Below are positions 1-13,345 of a DNA stretch of 64,000 bases, one piece after another. The stretch is from contig CDROCS010000868.1 in assembly GCA_977020255.1 (NCBI GenBank), positions 930,001 to 994,000 on the forward strand, given 5' to 3'. The first letter of the stretch is position 1, and each line of letters starts with the position of its first letter. The notes under the pieces are model-generated. The model worked only from the letters and a program-made list of their open reading frames with translations. It did not search any database and was not told the DNA's origin. The translations under genes were made by a program, and so were the position numbers. The stretch is from Obrimoposthia wandeli. Taxonomy: Eukaryota.

Positions 1-211
1 ATAAAATATCGGATACATTTAAATATATTTCTATTAGAGTGTAACAAGTATTTTCGTTTTTCATGATCATTCTTTCAATCTATTATACTGGGAGACGTTT
101 GTTAAAATATATTCAAACTATTTATTATTCGAAAACGCTGAAATTGAAAGTTCTAAAAATATTTAAGTATTTATATTTTATTTAAAATAATATATTTTGA
201 GCTTTATTATA

Positions 212-474
212 ATGAGACATACAAATATTGAAATTTTGTCAGTTTAAGGACAATATTTCGAACAAGGCGTGAAAGATTCTGAAGCTACAAGATCCACATA
301 CAAATACAAAGAGAAAATGTAATTTCACTACTTAAAGTCTCAAAAGTGGTAAAATAGATTTAAGTCAGGAGATTCAAGCCTTAAAGTTAGACCTAGATTA
401 AGAAGGCCTTTGTCGTACGAATCTAAACATCTTCGTAAAATAGTTGAAGCTGATCAAAGAATGTCTATATTATA
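212..474 (+). pseudogene. mariner transposase remnant, N-terminal HTH part
   Basis: ATG at 212; broken frames give ...RFKSGDSSLKVRPR / GRPLSYESKHLRKIVEADQRMSI, resembling the mariner WFxRFKSGDxSL..PRxGRP region; stops and frameshifts present. Confidence 0.75.
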
Positions 475-3412
475 AGTTGGTAGAAGGATGGAGTTTAAAT
501 CACTTAACCCCCCCTCTCTTGTGCGTACACAATGTTAAAGGATTTCACAACATAAGGGTGTCACACCATAAGGGTATATGTTGACTCACCATAAGGGTGT
601 CTTGCTACACCATAAGAGTCTGGCTCAGAAAGGTTATGATAGGGGGAGGGGAAAGGGTCAAGTGATCTAGTCTCCACCCTTCTTTTGGTCAACCACTAAA
701 GGGTTATGGTCGCCCATAATTTAAAGGGTCAGGCAGAGTTTTGACTTGAAGGTTTTAAGGTATGGTCATGACCGTCTATGGTCAACCAACATATCTAATG
801 GGTCATTGTCGTCCATAAATCAAAGGGTCAGACTAAAAACAAAATCAAGTTTTAAATATCAAGGTTTTAGTACATGGTTGGAATCATCTTTAGAAGGTGA
901 ATTCACCCATAAAGTATGGTCGTCCATAAATGAAAGGGTTGGGCTAAAGACAAAATCAAGTTTTAAATATCAAGGTTTGAATACATGGTTGTAATCATCT
1001 TTAGAAGACAAATTCATCCATAAAGGTATGGTCGTCCATAGATGAAGGGTTAAAAATAAGAAAACAATAATAGAATTAATAGAAAACAATACTATGTTTG
1101 ACGGCCATTCAAAACCTCTTTTTTGGTAAAGGTTGATCAATCATTTAATAACATTCCTTAATTAATTAATTTTTTTTTAAACTGATACATTTGAATTCTT
1201 TATTTTTAAAGAACTTTGTTAAAAAAATGTTTATTTATATAATTTGATTATTAACATTATTCGATTTACACTTTAAATATTCGAAATTATCTTTAACACA
1301 TTAAAACAAAAACTTCAATTTTTTAAATTTGTATCGAATATTGAAATTTTATTTGCAAACACATGTTATTCAAAGCTACTGAAAGCTTCGTCTATAAATT
1401 CGAATATCAAATCTTTAATTATATTGCTTTATATGTAAATAAATCAAATTATGTACATATTTGATTATCAACTTAGTATTTCTATTTATTATTCGACTTT
1501 CTAAAATAATTAAAATGTATTGTAAGAACACATAAAATTAATTATCGATTGTATGAATTAATACAAGAATGAATGCAAGTTACAGCAAGATTAATAGAAA
1601 ACAACAGTTTGAAGGTATAAATGAATATTAGTAAAATATTAATGTATTTGAATGTAATTAAATGATCATTTCAATAAATGAGAGTTAGATTGAATGTAAA
1701 TGAATGCAAGTATGATTGAATGCAGCTACAAGTACAAGTAAAAAAGAAAACGATTGCAAGTATGAATGTCAATTATGAATGAAAATTAGTAAATATATAA
1801 TTGAATTTGAATGCTAGTTTGAATAAATGAGAGTTAGAATGAATGTAAATGAATGCAAGTAGGAATGTAAGTGAATGCAAGTTTGAATGCAAATACACGA
1901 ATCATTCATATTTTCATTCATACTGTCAAACATAGTATTGTTTTATATTAATCTTGCTGTAACTTAATCATTCTAACTTTTAAAATAACTCAGTATCACT
2001 GCTTCTTATAGTTGCTTACTTGTTATTAATCTAACTGTAACTTAACATAACCTTATTCATACGAAAACTCTATTTTAATTTACTTATAGTCTAAATTACA
2101 CTCGCATTCAATCAAACTCTCGATACTCTTATTTTTTCAATTACATTCACTTGCTAAGACTCTTACTTGTATTTGCATTCATTTGCATTCATACTTGCAT
2201 TCATTTACATTCAATCTAACTCTCATTTATTCAAACTATCATTCAAATATATTCAAATACATTAATATTTTACTAATTTTCATTCATAGCGTCAAACTTA
2301 GTGTTGTTTTTTCTATTAATTCCGCTGTAACTTAGTCGTTGAATCGGAAAGAAGAATGTATAAAGAATGGATTTTCTTACTTTGTAATGTTATTAACTTA
2401 ATTTTGAAGATGATATTATGAAATTACATAATGAATGTGTTATATTTTGTATTATTCTCTGACTTCTTTCTTATTTTATTTTTTATTTTAATATATAATT
2501 TAAGTTATTTAAAGAAATTTTATCATAATTCTTTAGATGCATAAGCCTGGAAAAAACTTTGATCTAAATTTTCATATAGAATAGTGTTTGTGTGTTTACG
2601 TAATACATTCCTTAACTGTTAAGAGTGGACTTTAGCCTAAATTTTCACATAGAATAGTGTGTGTGTGATTACGTAATACATTCCTTAACTGATAAGAGTG
2701 AACTTTAACTTTCACATATAATAATTGATTGAATACTATATAATTTCTTAATTTATGCCAAATCTTGTGAACGACCATAAAAATTTTATATGATTAAACT
2801 CGTAATAAGTTGACAAATACAACCATGTACTTAAAACTATGAAATTCCAACTTTTTTTAACCCTTCATTTATGGACGACCATACCTTTATGGATGAATTT
2901 GTCTTCTAAAGATGATTACAACCATGTATTCAAACCTTGATATTTAAAACTTGATTTTGTCTTTAGCCCAACCCTTTCATTTATGGACATCCATGATCCT
3001 TTGGATGTGATGGCCAACCATAGTTGACCTCAATTATACCTTCAAAGCTTCAAGTCAAAACTGACCTTGACCCTTTGATTTATGGATGACCATGACTCTT
3101 TAGATGTGATGGTCAACCATAGACGGTCATGACCATACCTTAAAACCTTCAAGTCAAAACTCTGCCTGACCCTTTAAATGATGGACGACTATAACCCTTT
3201 AGTGGTTGACCAAAATAAGGGTGGAGACTAGATCACTTGACCCTTCCCTCTCCCCCTCCCCCTATCATAACCTTTCTGAGCCAGACTCTTATGGTATGGC
3301 AAGACACCCTTATGGTGAGTCAACATATACCCTTATGGTGTCACACCCTTATGTTGTGAAATCCTTTAACATTGTGTGCGGGGGTTAAGTGATCTAAACT
3401 CTTCTACCTACT
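475..3412. mobile_element. Non-autonomous Polinton/Maverick-type element (2.9 kb, non-coding)
   Basis: TIRs about 475-1053 and 2853-3412; termini AGTTGGTAGAAG...CTTCTACCTACT; perfect 6-bp TSD ATTATA at 469-474 and 3413-3418; 5'-AG..CT-3' ends with a 6-bp TSD are Polinton hallmarks. Confidence 0.85.
1540..2340. repeat. Inner inverted array of GAATGCAAGT-type AT-rich repeats in element 1
   Basis: gaatgcaagt-rich tract about 1540-1900 faces an acttgcattc-rich tract about 1910-2340; the same repeat family occurs in the arms at 34.8-35.8 kb and 39.0-40.2 kb. Confidence 0.75.
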
Positions 3413-3890
3413 ATTATATTTAGGGCTTTCTAAAGATAGGAAACACAGAGAGCTACAGCATTTATGAAAAGTAAGTCAGAGGTGTAAGTTGAACCATATA
3501 AATGTCAGAAAATCAAAAAAAAATGAAAAGCGCATAAATTTGTGAAAATTTATTGAAATATCAATTGGATGATAAATTTTTGAAACGAGTTATTACTAAT
3601 GATAAAAATGAGTTTATTTAAGTAACTCAGAGAAAGGAAACCCGTGGTTAGATGTTGTCAGTCTGCAGAACCGGTAGCTAAAGTAGAAATATTCGACAAG
3701 AAGTACTTACTGTTTGTTTGGTGGAATTTCAAACAAATAATTCCCTTTGAGCTGCTTTATAAAGACGAAACAATAAACTCTGATGTTTATTGTGAACAAC
3801 TAGATAGAATGTATCCATAGTTGAGGGATAAATTTTCTTATTGTGTTAACCAAAAGAAATTAGCACTACAAAGCCTACGAATAAGCATTT
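3413..3890 (+). pseudogene. mariner transposase remnant, catalytic (DDD) part
   Basis: DDKFLKRVITNDKNEFI (cf. FLxRIVTGDEKW) and KKYLLFVWWNFKQIIPFELLYKDETINSDVYCEQLDRM (mariner MLxVWW..GII..ELL..G.TIN...YC.QL). Confidence 0.85.
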
Positions 3891-4923
3891 CAAATATTCA
3901 ACCTGATATTGATTTGCTATATAAAAACATGCAATCCCATCCCTCCCATTAAATTGTTTTTTAAATTTTAGAAAATTTGAAGTTTAATTGTATTTTTTAT
4001 TGTTATTTTTGCAAACAAGTTTTCTATTAAAATCTCTTTTTATTTTTAAAAATACTTATTAATAAAAAAAAGTAGTATTGATCACTAAAAATTGTTTTTT
4101 TTTTGGAGCCCTGAATTTTGTTTTTCAAATTTCGGTAGCCGTATTATAAAAACGTTTGAGAAAACATCGATCTAAAGAACGATAAAATAAGTCACAAAAT
4201 TTTTTTATTTGGTCATTAGACTACAATATAGATTAAAAATTAATCTTTTTGTGTGCAGCATTATTTATTTATGGCAATTTAAGATTTAATATTTAACAAT
4301 GAAATAACAGAGACTTTAAAAAATTCTTTTTATAATTTCTATTGATTTTTTTTGTAAAACTTCTTGTTTATTTTGAATTTAGAACAAATGAAAAGAAGAT
4401 TAACTCGTTAGTTATATAAACAGAACAAGGTGTATAAGACAATTAAAATAATCTAGTTATGAACAATGTCACTCTCGAAAACCCAAAATTCAGTAGCTTA
4501 GAGGATGAAAGCATATTTAGAATTCCAAAAACTTTGGATCCATTGACTATTCAAAATTTTTTAATTGAAAAAAAAAATATTTCTTACGTTCTAAAAAACT
4601 TACAATTGCTATCATCTATGATTTTTTCCCAATTTGTAAATATTTCAACAATTTTCCGGCATAGAATAGAATAAAACACATTTTTCAATAAAACATATAT
4701 ACTGAAATCTGAGCATGAATATATATGAGCAAAATAGGTTAAAGATTTCAAAAAATGAAATGTTTAATATTTGGAGTCAAATTTATGAAGCAAATATCAA
4801 TTCAAATACAACTTCAATTTCAACATAGTGTTTTGAATTAATAAACACATGAGTTAAAGTCTCAATGTGTCTACATAACTGTAGTATGAAAATAAATGAA
4901 TTCTGAAAAGGTTTGTAACTTAC

Positions 4924-5118
4924 CATCGGAGTAATTCCCAGAATTAAGGAACTTCAGGTCGGAACGGAGAAGCTGATGGATGAGGAAGTTGTTGACCTCA
5001 AACTGCCGAGTGTTGTGGAAGAAGGAGAGGGAGTATGGAATGTTCATCCAACTGTCAACCTGTTCCAAAGGTTCAGGATCTCTCATGTTACTTTTAACAA
5101 GTTCCCAAATTTTTACAT
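4924..5118 (-). CDS. Probable internal exon of an unidentified host gene
   Basis: Acceptor ttattcaaAG, donor GTAAGT, 195 bp open frame (VKIWELVKSNMRDPEPLEQVDSWMNIPYSLSFFHNTRQFEVNNFLIHQLLRSDLKFLNSGNYSD), more GC-rich than flanks. Confidence 0.7.
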
Positions 5119-5892
5119 CTTTGAATAATTGAAATAAATAAAAACTTGAACTTAACTTATATTTTAATTTTTTTTCAAATCCTGCATCTAAAGAAATAAC
5201 TTGATCATTGGACAGATATCATATGAAAATTGAGGTTTTAAGATCAAATAAATCAGAGATGGAAATAACATCTAATTATATCAAAACCTTAAAAGATTCT
5301 TCTCCTGTATCATTGTTCAAACTAAAAGAAAGCAAATAAAGTACTAGGAAAAGGTTTTTATGCATGTTTGTATTAATTTAAAATGATGTTTTCTTCATAA
5401 ATTTCACAAAACTCCATGTTGATATAGCTCCATTGTTATTTTAGAAAATATAATTATAAAAGGTACGCATTAATTTGAATAAAGGTAGAGTACTTTATTT
5501 AATCGTAAAAATTTCATTTATTTGGAATTTTTAAATACTTTCTAAACTTTAAAATGACGTTCTGCAAAGTAGTTTGATTCACAGCACACTATTCTTCAAT
5601 TTTTAGGGCAGCACATTGATTACATACATTTTTATTTCAAATTAAACTAAATTTTTGAATCTAACTAGTCCTCAATTTTAAAATCTTTATTTCTCTCATT
5701 AATATATAAAAATATAATAGTTTAAATTTCAACAAAATAAAATAATAATTCAGAATGACACATAATAATGATTAATATAATTTAAACATATTTGAGAGGT
5801 ATTTTAATTAATGAGAGTAGGGAGAAGTGATGACTTCGACTCAAGGCAATAGGTCACCCACGAGAGGAAGGATTCTCCTGAGTACGCTGTAG

Positions 5893-5940
5893 GTTGCCAT
5901 GGCAACACATGTAGTTGTCATGTGTGTGTCCCATGGCAAC
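5893..5940. promoter_or_regulatory. Pair of RFX X-box motifs
   Basis: Perfect palindrome GTTGCCATGGCAAC at 5893-5906 and GTCCCATGGCAAC at 5928-5940, in a GC-richer island inside AT-rich DNA. Confidence 0.6.
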
Positions 5941-7365
5941 CAATTTATCCTGGGTACGTCATTATTTTGTTTAAACCTATCAATATTTAGGCGCACCAAA
6001 TTCAAATTTTCAAGCTCAAATTTTCTAAAAATTATTTATTGCGAATTTTTGAAAAAGTTATTTTAGTTTAAATTTTCAAAAAACTCAAAGATTTCAAAAA
6101 ACTTTAAAATATTTATATTTTGTATTACTTTTAATAACAAGTAACAAATATTTTTCAAAATTCAATCTTAGCGTTTTATATTATTATCCAAAGGATCCTT
6201 TCATCATAAAGACTTTATGTTTAAATACATCAATTTCGTTTATATTATTCAAACAAGTGTGATCTATCTAAATGATAATACATAATATAGTTTTAATCAG
6301 GTCAATGTATATAGGTTATTATATACTATGTCTATATTATTTTAATAGGAATTTTATAATATTACCCATTGTTTTTTAAAAAGAAGAATTTGTTTTAACA
6401 AATCAATGGAATCAATTAGGCTAAGAAGAGTATATAAGAGATTTTTTTTAGTTTCATTTCATCATTTGTGATGTATTTTAATTAATGTAATGTGTGTGCT
6501 CAACCATGTTTGCATTTTTGGCTGGATTGTTGAGACACACTTATATTTCACTTTCAACATCCAGAACTATTTCCTTTGGCAATGAAAATCCAACTTCATA
6601 TAAATATGCAGTCAAATGATTAATGCCAATAAAATTGAAAGGGATTTATTTCCAAACCCAGGTTATGTTACAACAATACTAATTCCAAATATTTTCAGGG
6701 ATTGTTTAATAAATCGAATTTTGAGAGTGCGATCTGCTTGAATAGTAATACGTTGTTCTTGTTCGATTAATGACTTTTCGGAATTCTTATGTGTTTTAAT
6801 AATCTAATAATCTAGAGATGCAAGATGAGCTTGTATTATTTCGGTGGTTATTTATCCATTTGGATATACTTAAAATCAAAAATAAACATCAGTAAATGTT
6901 TCTATATTAAGATGTTTCTCGAAATTGTAATATTTTCGAATATTTTCTACAATTTTCCCATTTTATGACAGATTTAATATTTTTAAAAACATAGTCCCTA
7001 ACTCAAATCATTTGGTAACAGTAAATATAATTTCAGGCTACCTGTGTGTTGTGTAATGGTATTGTTTAATAGTGGGGTAATAGTGGATGAAAATGTATAA
7101 TTAATATTTATAATAAATTAGTTTTTATTTAAGTTTATGTATATTGATTATGTATGCTACTAGGTAGCCTTATATGTGAATAAAAGATCTTGTTGACTTG
7201 GTTTTTTCTATTAGATAAACCCCCTCGGTTGGTAAAATTTACAAAACTGTGTTGATAAAAACAATTTTTACAAAACACTGAAGAGTTAAACTGAATTGAA
7301 ACATACATTTTTAACTTATAAATAAAAGTGGAAATTACGCATAAATAGGATTTTTCTAAATAAAC

Positions 7366-7739
7366 CGACAGACCGAATTATTCCTGGCGGTTCCAACTGT
7401 GGTGTGAATCTTGTGAATCCACTGTCAAGTTTCGAGAAGCAATATTCTACCTGTTCGGGCTTGGGACGATTGGCCGGGTGGTTGGATGTATGCCTAGCAG
7501 GACTGACGTCGGGCCGCACTCCAACCCATCGCGGAAGAGTGGTGAGGCACTTCTGTTTCGGAAGTGGGAGTGGTGGGCACTTATTGTAGACAGTCACTGC
7601 CTGTGTGTCTTCTGTTATGGCAGTGGCAGATAGATAAATCGTGTTCACATAGATCCCCACTAAAGATCCCCAATAATCTTTTGCCGCAAAATTCCTAAAT
7701 TGTCTCATGGAATAGCTTGACTCCAGTTTCAGTACAATT
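7366..7739 (-). CDS. Probable internal exon of the same host gene
   Basis: Acceptor ttcaattttAG at 7741-7740, single open frame, donor GTTTAT at 7365; phase-1 end joins exon 4924-5118 in frame (..GIIRSV-D-VKIWEL..). Confidence 0.65.
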
Positions 7740-8999
7740 CTAAAATTGAATAATTGGTGTATTTTTCAGATACATTTTGAAAATTGTATCGTTTATTAAA
7801 AGCATCTAATAAAATGACAGATTTGTTAGATTTATTAAAACAGTCGCTTGACATTGCACTATGATCTAGATTTTTAAGTGACCATTTATATTTATAATTT
7901 TATTTTTGGTCTAGATATCGTGGCTTTTCGAAACTTTGATAGTTTTTCCTTGTCAATTTTCTGAAGGGAAATCTGTATTATACTAAAATACGGCCATTTA
8001 TTCCAATCTAACTATTGTTTTGCACTTGAAACAAAATAGCTTATCGAGTTTCAGAAATTTAATTGAATGTGGTATTTTAGTCAATTTAATCTAAATAGAA
8101 TACAAGTGATTAAGAACAAAGCAGTGAGGATTATTTTAAAAATAAATGATAAAGAAAGACAGGCAAATAACTATACATTTGAACTACATTGGTTACTGAC
8201 AAATGCCGAAATATAGTTTAAAACACGTTTATTGATTTGAAATTAGCTTTAAAGTCACCCCCATGTGTATATACACTGTGTATACTTCTAAAAATTGAAA
8301 TCTCGGTTCAATTAATTTGAAAAGAAATGACGATAATAGAAGATTGTTATTGCAAATATCTAAATAGAAAACCATAAAATCGTATCTTCTGAATGTTATA
8401 TTAGTTTGTCATTGGAAGTTAGAGAGTGTTGTAATTTTGAAGAATTCAGAAGACCCATGACGTTCCTGGTTAAAAAACTATTACAGTTAACTATTGAAAG
8501 TATCTGGTTTATAAAGAGCTGTTGAATAATATATTCTAAAAATATGTTTTAAAATTGGTGCTAAGTTATGCTTAAAAAATATAAACAAAATTGCGTTTGT
8601 CAAAATTTACGTTTTAACATTAGATATGATAATTAAATTTAAGAAATAAATGTGAAATGTATAATTACATACATGTACAAAATCTTATTTTATTTACAAC
8701 CACTTGTGAATATGGCCAAACGAATGCCAGTAAGTGTATTTAAAACTAAAATTAATTAGTGAAAATAAATAAAACGTGCAGGCTAAAATTCAGACAAATA
8801 TAATAAATTAAAGAATTATATGCTGAGTATTTTTTCAAAAATGTCCTATATCAAAAGGTTAAATCGATCTATTGGTGCTGCTACGACCTTGAGCCATAAT
8901 TTCTCAAAGGAAAAGTTATCTTTACTAGCAGAAGTTCGATTTAAGTAATGGTTGGAAGGACAGATTTCAACTATGAGGCGCAATTACATTTAGAGAAGT

Positions 9000-10020
9000 C
9001 AAAAACTGGGCACAAATCTTGAACACAGTTTTCAAATACCCATATCTTTCACCATTTCAAGTCAGAAGACAAAGCTGAACTTCTGAGGGAATAAAGCGAG
9101 GTGGCTTTAACAGTAGAACACTGAACAGAGAACAGTACTTAGGAGTGTTTCCTCAGTCTCCATTCGAGTCAAGGCCAAACAGATGGCATGTTACATGAAG
9201 AACAGTTATTTTAAAGAAGGTCCTTCTTGGTGATTTAGCTTTATGAAAAGGCGTCATATCTCCCTCATGACAAGAACTACCATCTCACCAGATTACGAAG
9301 AAATGATGGTCATCTTCCGCACCTACTACAAGAACAAGATTACTGAATAGAATATCCAGCCAGACCACATCACCATTATGGACGAGGTGCCCCTCACTGT
9401 CGACATCCCATGAGCCGCACTATCGAGCAAACATGAATCAATACAGTATATATACGCTCCACAGGGAACGAGAAGAGGAAAACAATGCCAAATGAACATT
9501 TTCAGGTCGGCGTCATTGTAAAAGTAAACCCGACAGGCTAGATGGACGAGAAGAAGATGAATGTGTGGCTGGGAGAAGCCTACTTCAGAAGACAAGGTGG
9601 TTTTTCCCACACATTTTCATCCTTATTGATCTATGACTCGATGCACGCCCATCTCATCAATACCTTCAAAGTACAAGTGAAGCAAACTAACTCAGAGCTC
9701 GCCATCATTCGAAGAGGAATAACCACAGAACTCCAACCGCTAGATATTAGTTTTAACAAGTCATTGAAGGTTAAATTGCGAGCCACGTGGGAGCAGTGGA
9801 TGACAGAAGGTGAGCACACCTTTACCACGACGGGGAGGCAACGCTGAGCTAGTTACACACTGGCTGCCAATGAATCGTCGATAAGGACAAGGTATTAGTC
9901 TCATCTATCACCCGACGATTCGTGAAAGCTGTAATCATCACTAGACAGCCAGGTAACAGCGTCGATGATGATGTGGATCCTACAATGCTTGATGTCGAAA
10001 TTACCCAACTGCTAAACTGA
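9000..10020 (+). pseudogene. pogo/Tigger-family (DDE_1) transposase remnant
   Basis: MKRRHISLMTRTTIS, IMDEVPLTVD, G*MDEKKMNVWL, SLLIYDSMHAHL, ITTELQPLDISFNKSLKVKLRATWEQWM are pogo DDE_1 motifs; many stops and frameshifts. Confidence 0.9.
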
Positions 10021-11482
10021 GATACAGAGGTTGACGAATTTGATGGGCTTGTGGATGAAATAGTTTTGTAGTAGTTTTAAAAACATTCTTTGAACCGAAA
10101 AATGTTTTTCATATTTTTTTAAAAAATATATTAACACTAATATACTTTACTTTTAAGTACATTCTAAAAATATAAAATTTAATATAAAAAACTTTAAATT
10201 AATTAAATTTTTATATAATATCATAAAAATACAACTTATTCCTTTGCGTAATATGTAGAAATAAAATAATCAATTAATAGTTGATTGCTTGATAAATTGC
10301 TTCTATCAAATTACACTTTACGGGTAGAATTTCAAAAATAAATTTTAGTATATATAAATTAGTGGGCAGAGAATCAGCTTAAATATATCAAATAAATCTG
10401 AGCTGAGGTTAACGAAAACAAATATTATTCAATAATTGCTAGATAATCCTTCCATTGATTGCTTGCATCTTTTGATGAAGACATAATTAGATTCAATCGG
10501 GAAAAACATGATTACCAGTTTTAAAATTTAAACTAGAGTTCGAAATTTTAGGATTTTTACAACAAAAATATTACTTATCAGAATTAAATTGTTAGAATCT
10601 CAATAAATGACACATAACTTTTAAATGGCAACTTTCAAGGGATGATACCTTCAACAACAACAAAAAATTATTTTTTAAGTTATATATAATAGACTCGCTC
10701 AAACCTTCAAGTTTCAAATGTTTCATTTTTATTATTTTTTCTATATCTAAAGTTTTAATAATTTACACTAACTTCCCTTCTAAGGCCCTCTATGCATTTA
10801 TTTCTTTATATAGCAAACAAACTTTGTTCATTAATTTCCCTTATTTTCCCTAACTTTCAAACATATATCGAATAATTTTCACTTATCAATAATTCACTTT
10901 TAGAATATAATTTGCAGTTATGAGCTCTAATTCATCCTAAATTCACTTATTATACATGGCAAATATAACCACCGTATCTTCAGTTTTTTTTCAATATGTA
11001 TCCGAATTAACAAAACCTCTTTCAATATACAACTCTGAACATTATCATATAAACATTACTTTACATTTTGAATAATAATAATAAAGATAGAGCAAGTAAG
11101 AAAGCCATTTATATGGACCAAAAGGTAATAATTATAGGGAGTATCCATAATAAATCCATGACTCCTCGACGATTGATTAAACTTCTGTTCTCCTTTAAAT
11201 AAATTAGTAATAATATTTATATCAGTCTTTTTGATGACTTCATTATTCAAGCATTACCCGTGATCCATTTACATTAGTTGTTTTTCTCACATTAGACCAT
11301 TAGATTAAGATAATTTGAGAAATCATTTGACACACAACTTGACTCATACATAGAGTAAACGTTAACTCCCGTAAACAAAAGTTAATCAGCTATTGGTAAT
11401 AGTTTTGCTTTCAAAAAGTATTAATTTTTCAATGTGATTTATTCAAAATTATGAAATCAATAATATATTAGAATTATACACA

Positions 11483-11612
11483 CTAATCCTAACCCTAACC
11501 TTATCATCACCCATATCATAACCACTGTCATCATCTTCATCACCCATCATCTCTAACCAACACTCTAACCCTAACTCTAACCCTACGCCTAATTTTAACC
11601 CAAACCCTCTAA
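11483..11612 (+). repeat. Degenerate CCCTAA-like (telomere-type) repeats
   Basis: ctaatcctaaccctaacc...ctctaaccctaactctaaccctacgcctaattttaacccaaacc. Confidence 0.4.
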
Positions 11613-12514
11613 TACATACATTTACTTTGTTCATATATTCTATAGTATTGGATGGGGATTTATTTAATTAAATGTATTTAAGACTATAAGGAGTATAGAT
11701 ATTTCTAAAAGCTCACATTTATTGAATATTTATTTTAAAAAATTTCGATTTCTTTGTTCTAATCTAATTTAGAACTAAAGATGAAAGAAATTACAAGAGC
11801 AACATAAGATTATGACTAAATTTTGTAACGAAATGAAAACATCAATATCAAGCATGCACCGGAGCGAGTTTAGAGGAGTACCTTTGGGAAGAATGTTGTC
11901 TCAGTAAATTTTCATAACGTATAATAAATAACTACAACGTAGATCAATAAAAAATATTATTTGAGTGAATTTCATTTGTCATTCCCATTTCTTACATGTT
12001 ATTATTTTTCTTAATCTTATCTATAAAACGTACATTAGGATCATATTGTAAAATGTTTATCTTCTTCATTGATTGTCCATAAAACTCCCTCCAGCATTGT
12101 TCAGTTCTTCACTACAGTATGTAGTTTTAATATTTATATAAAAAGTACACATGGTATAGCTTTGAATCTTTTTTATTCGACATGGATGCCTACATTAGAT
12201 GATGTCTTAAAACGGCAATCACGTAAGGAGCTGTTATTTGTTGCAATGTACATCCAATTATTGAAGATTTGTCTAATGTAAAGGTGTCATTCTTTCCGCC
12301 TAATGAAATCTCGTTACTTCAGACTCTCGATGTTAGAATCATCTGAGCTATTAAGGCAACACATCGCAAAGAATTGCTAACATTTGTGATTCAACGTATT
12401 GATGAGGAAAATTATATGGGATACTACTATAAACAGATCATCTATACATTATTAGTGACGATGCATCCACAATTGGAAATTTAAGAAAAGAATATGAGAC
12501 AAGGTAATTTAGTA

Positions 12515-13345
12515 GTATTGATAATTTAGTAGATTAATTTGAAAATTTCAAATGGAATCAGTATATTTTAAGATAATAACAATATTTAAAAAATCAATCA
12601 ATATATTTATTTTAGGGAATCAATATTTGAATATCATTGAAATATTATGGAAAAAGTAATGATTGAATTTAATTTCAAATGAAAAATTAATCGATTTTTA
12701 GAACACATTACAAATATTTACTTGCATTAATTACGATATATTTCCCTGCATTCAATTAATGTAATTATCAACATACATAGTGACAAGATATTATTCACAT
12801 GAATGCTTCTGTCATAAATTAATGGCTAGTAAGTATATGTTTACTTAATGTATTGATATATAATGAAAATTTATAATTTCAAATGGAATCAGTATATTTC
12901 AAGATAATAACAATATTTAAAAAATCAATCAATATATTTATTTTAGGGAATCAATATTTGAATATCATTGAAATATTATGGAAAAAGTAATGATTGAATT
13001 TAATTTCAAATGAAAAATTATATGTATTGATAATTTAGTAGATTAATTTGAAAATTTCAAATGGAATCAGTATATTTCAAGATAATAACAATATTTAAAA
13101 AATCAATCAATATATTTATTTTAGGGAATCAATATTTGAATATCATTGAAATATTATGGAAAAAGTAATGATTGAATTTAATTTCAAATGAAAAATTAAT
13201 CGATTTTTAGAACACATTACAAATATTTACTTGCATTAATTACGATATATTTCCCTGCATTCAATTAATGTAATTATCAACATACATAGTGACAAGATAT
13301 TATTCACATGAATGCTTCTGTCATAAATTAATGGCTAGTAAGTAT
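12515..13345. repeat. Local tandem triplication/duplication
   Basis: 12515-12836 repeated at 13024-13345 (offset 509) with a third partial copy at about 12877-13020; near identical. Confidence 0.9.

Noticed and set aside
746-994. ORFs within TIR repeats (746-994, 3206-3388, 40650-40838, 40891-41100)
   Set aside because: Their internal peptide repeats simply mirror DNA subrepeats of the TIRs; most likely chance frames.
7404-7589. Plus-strand ORF as a gene
   Set aside because: The opposite strand has splice sites and in-frame joining to the next exon, a better explanation of the GC-rich block.
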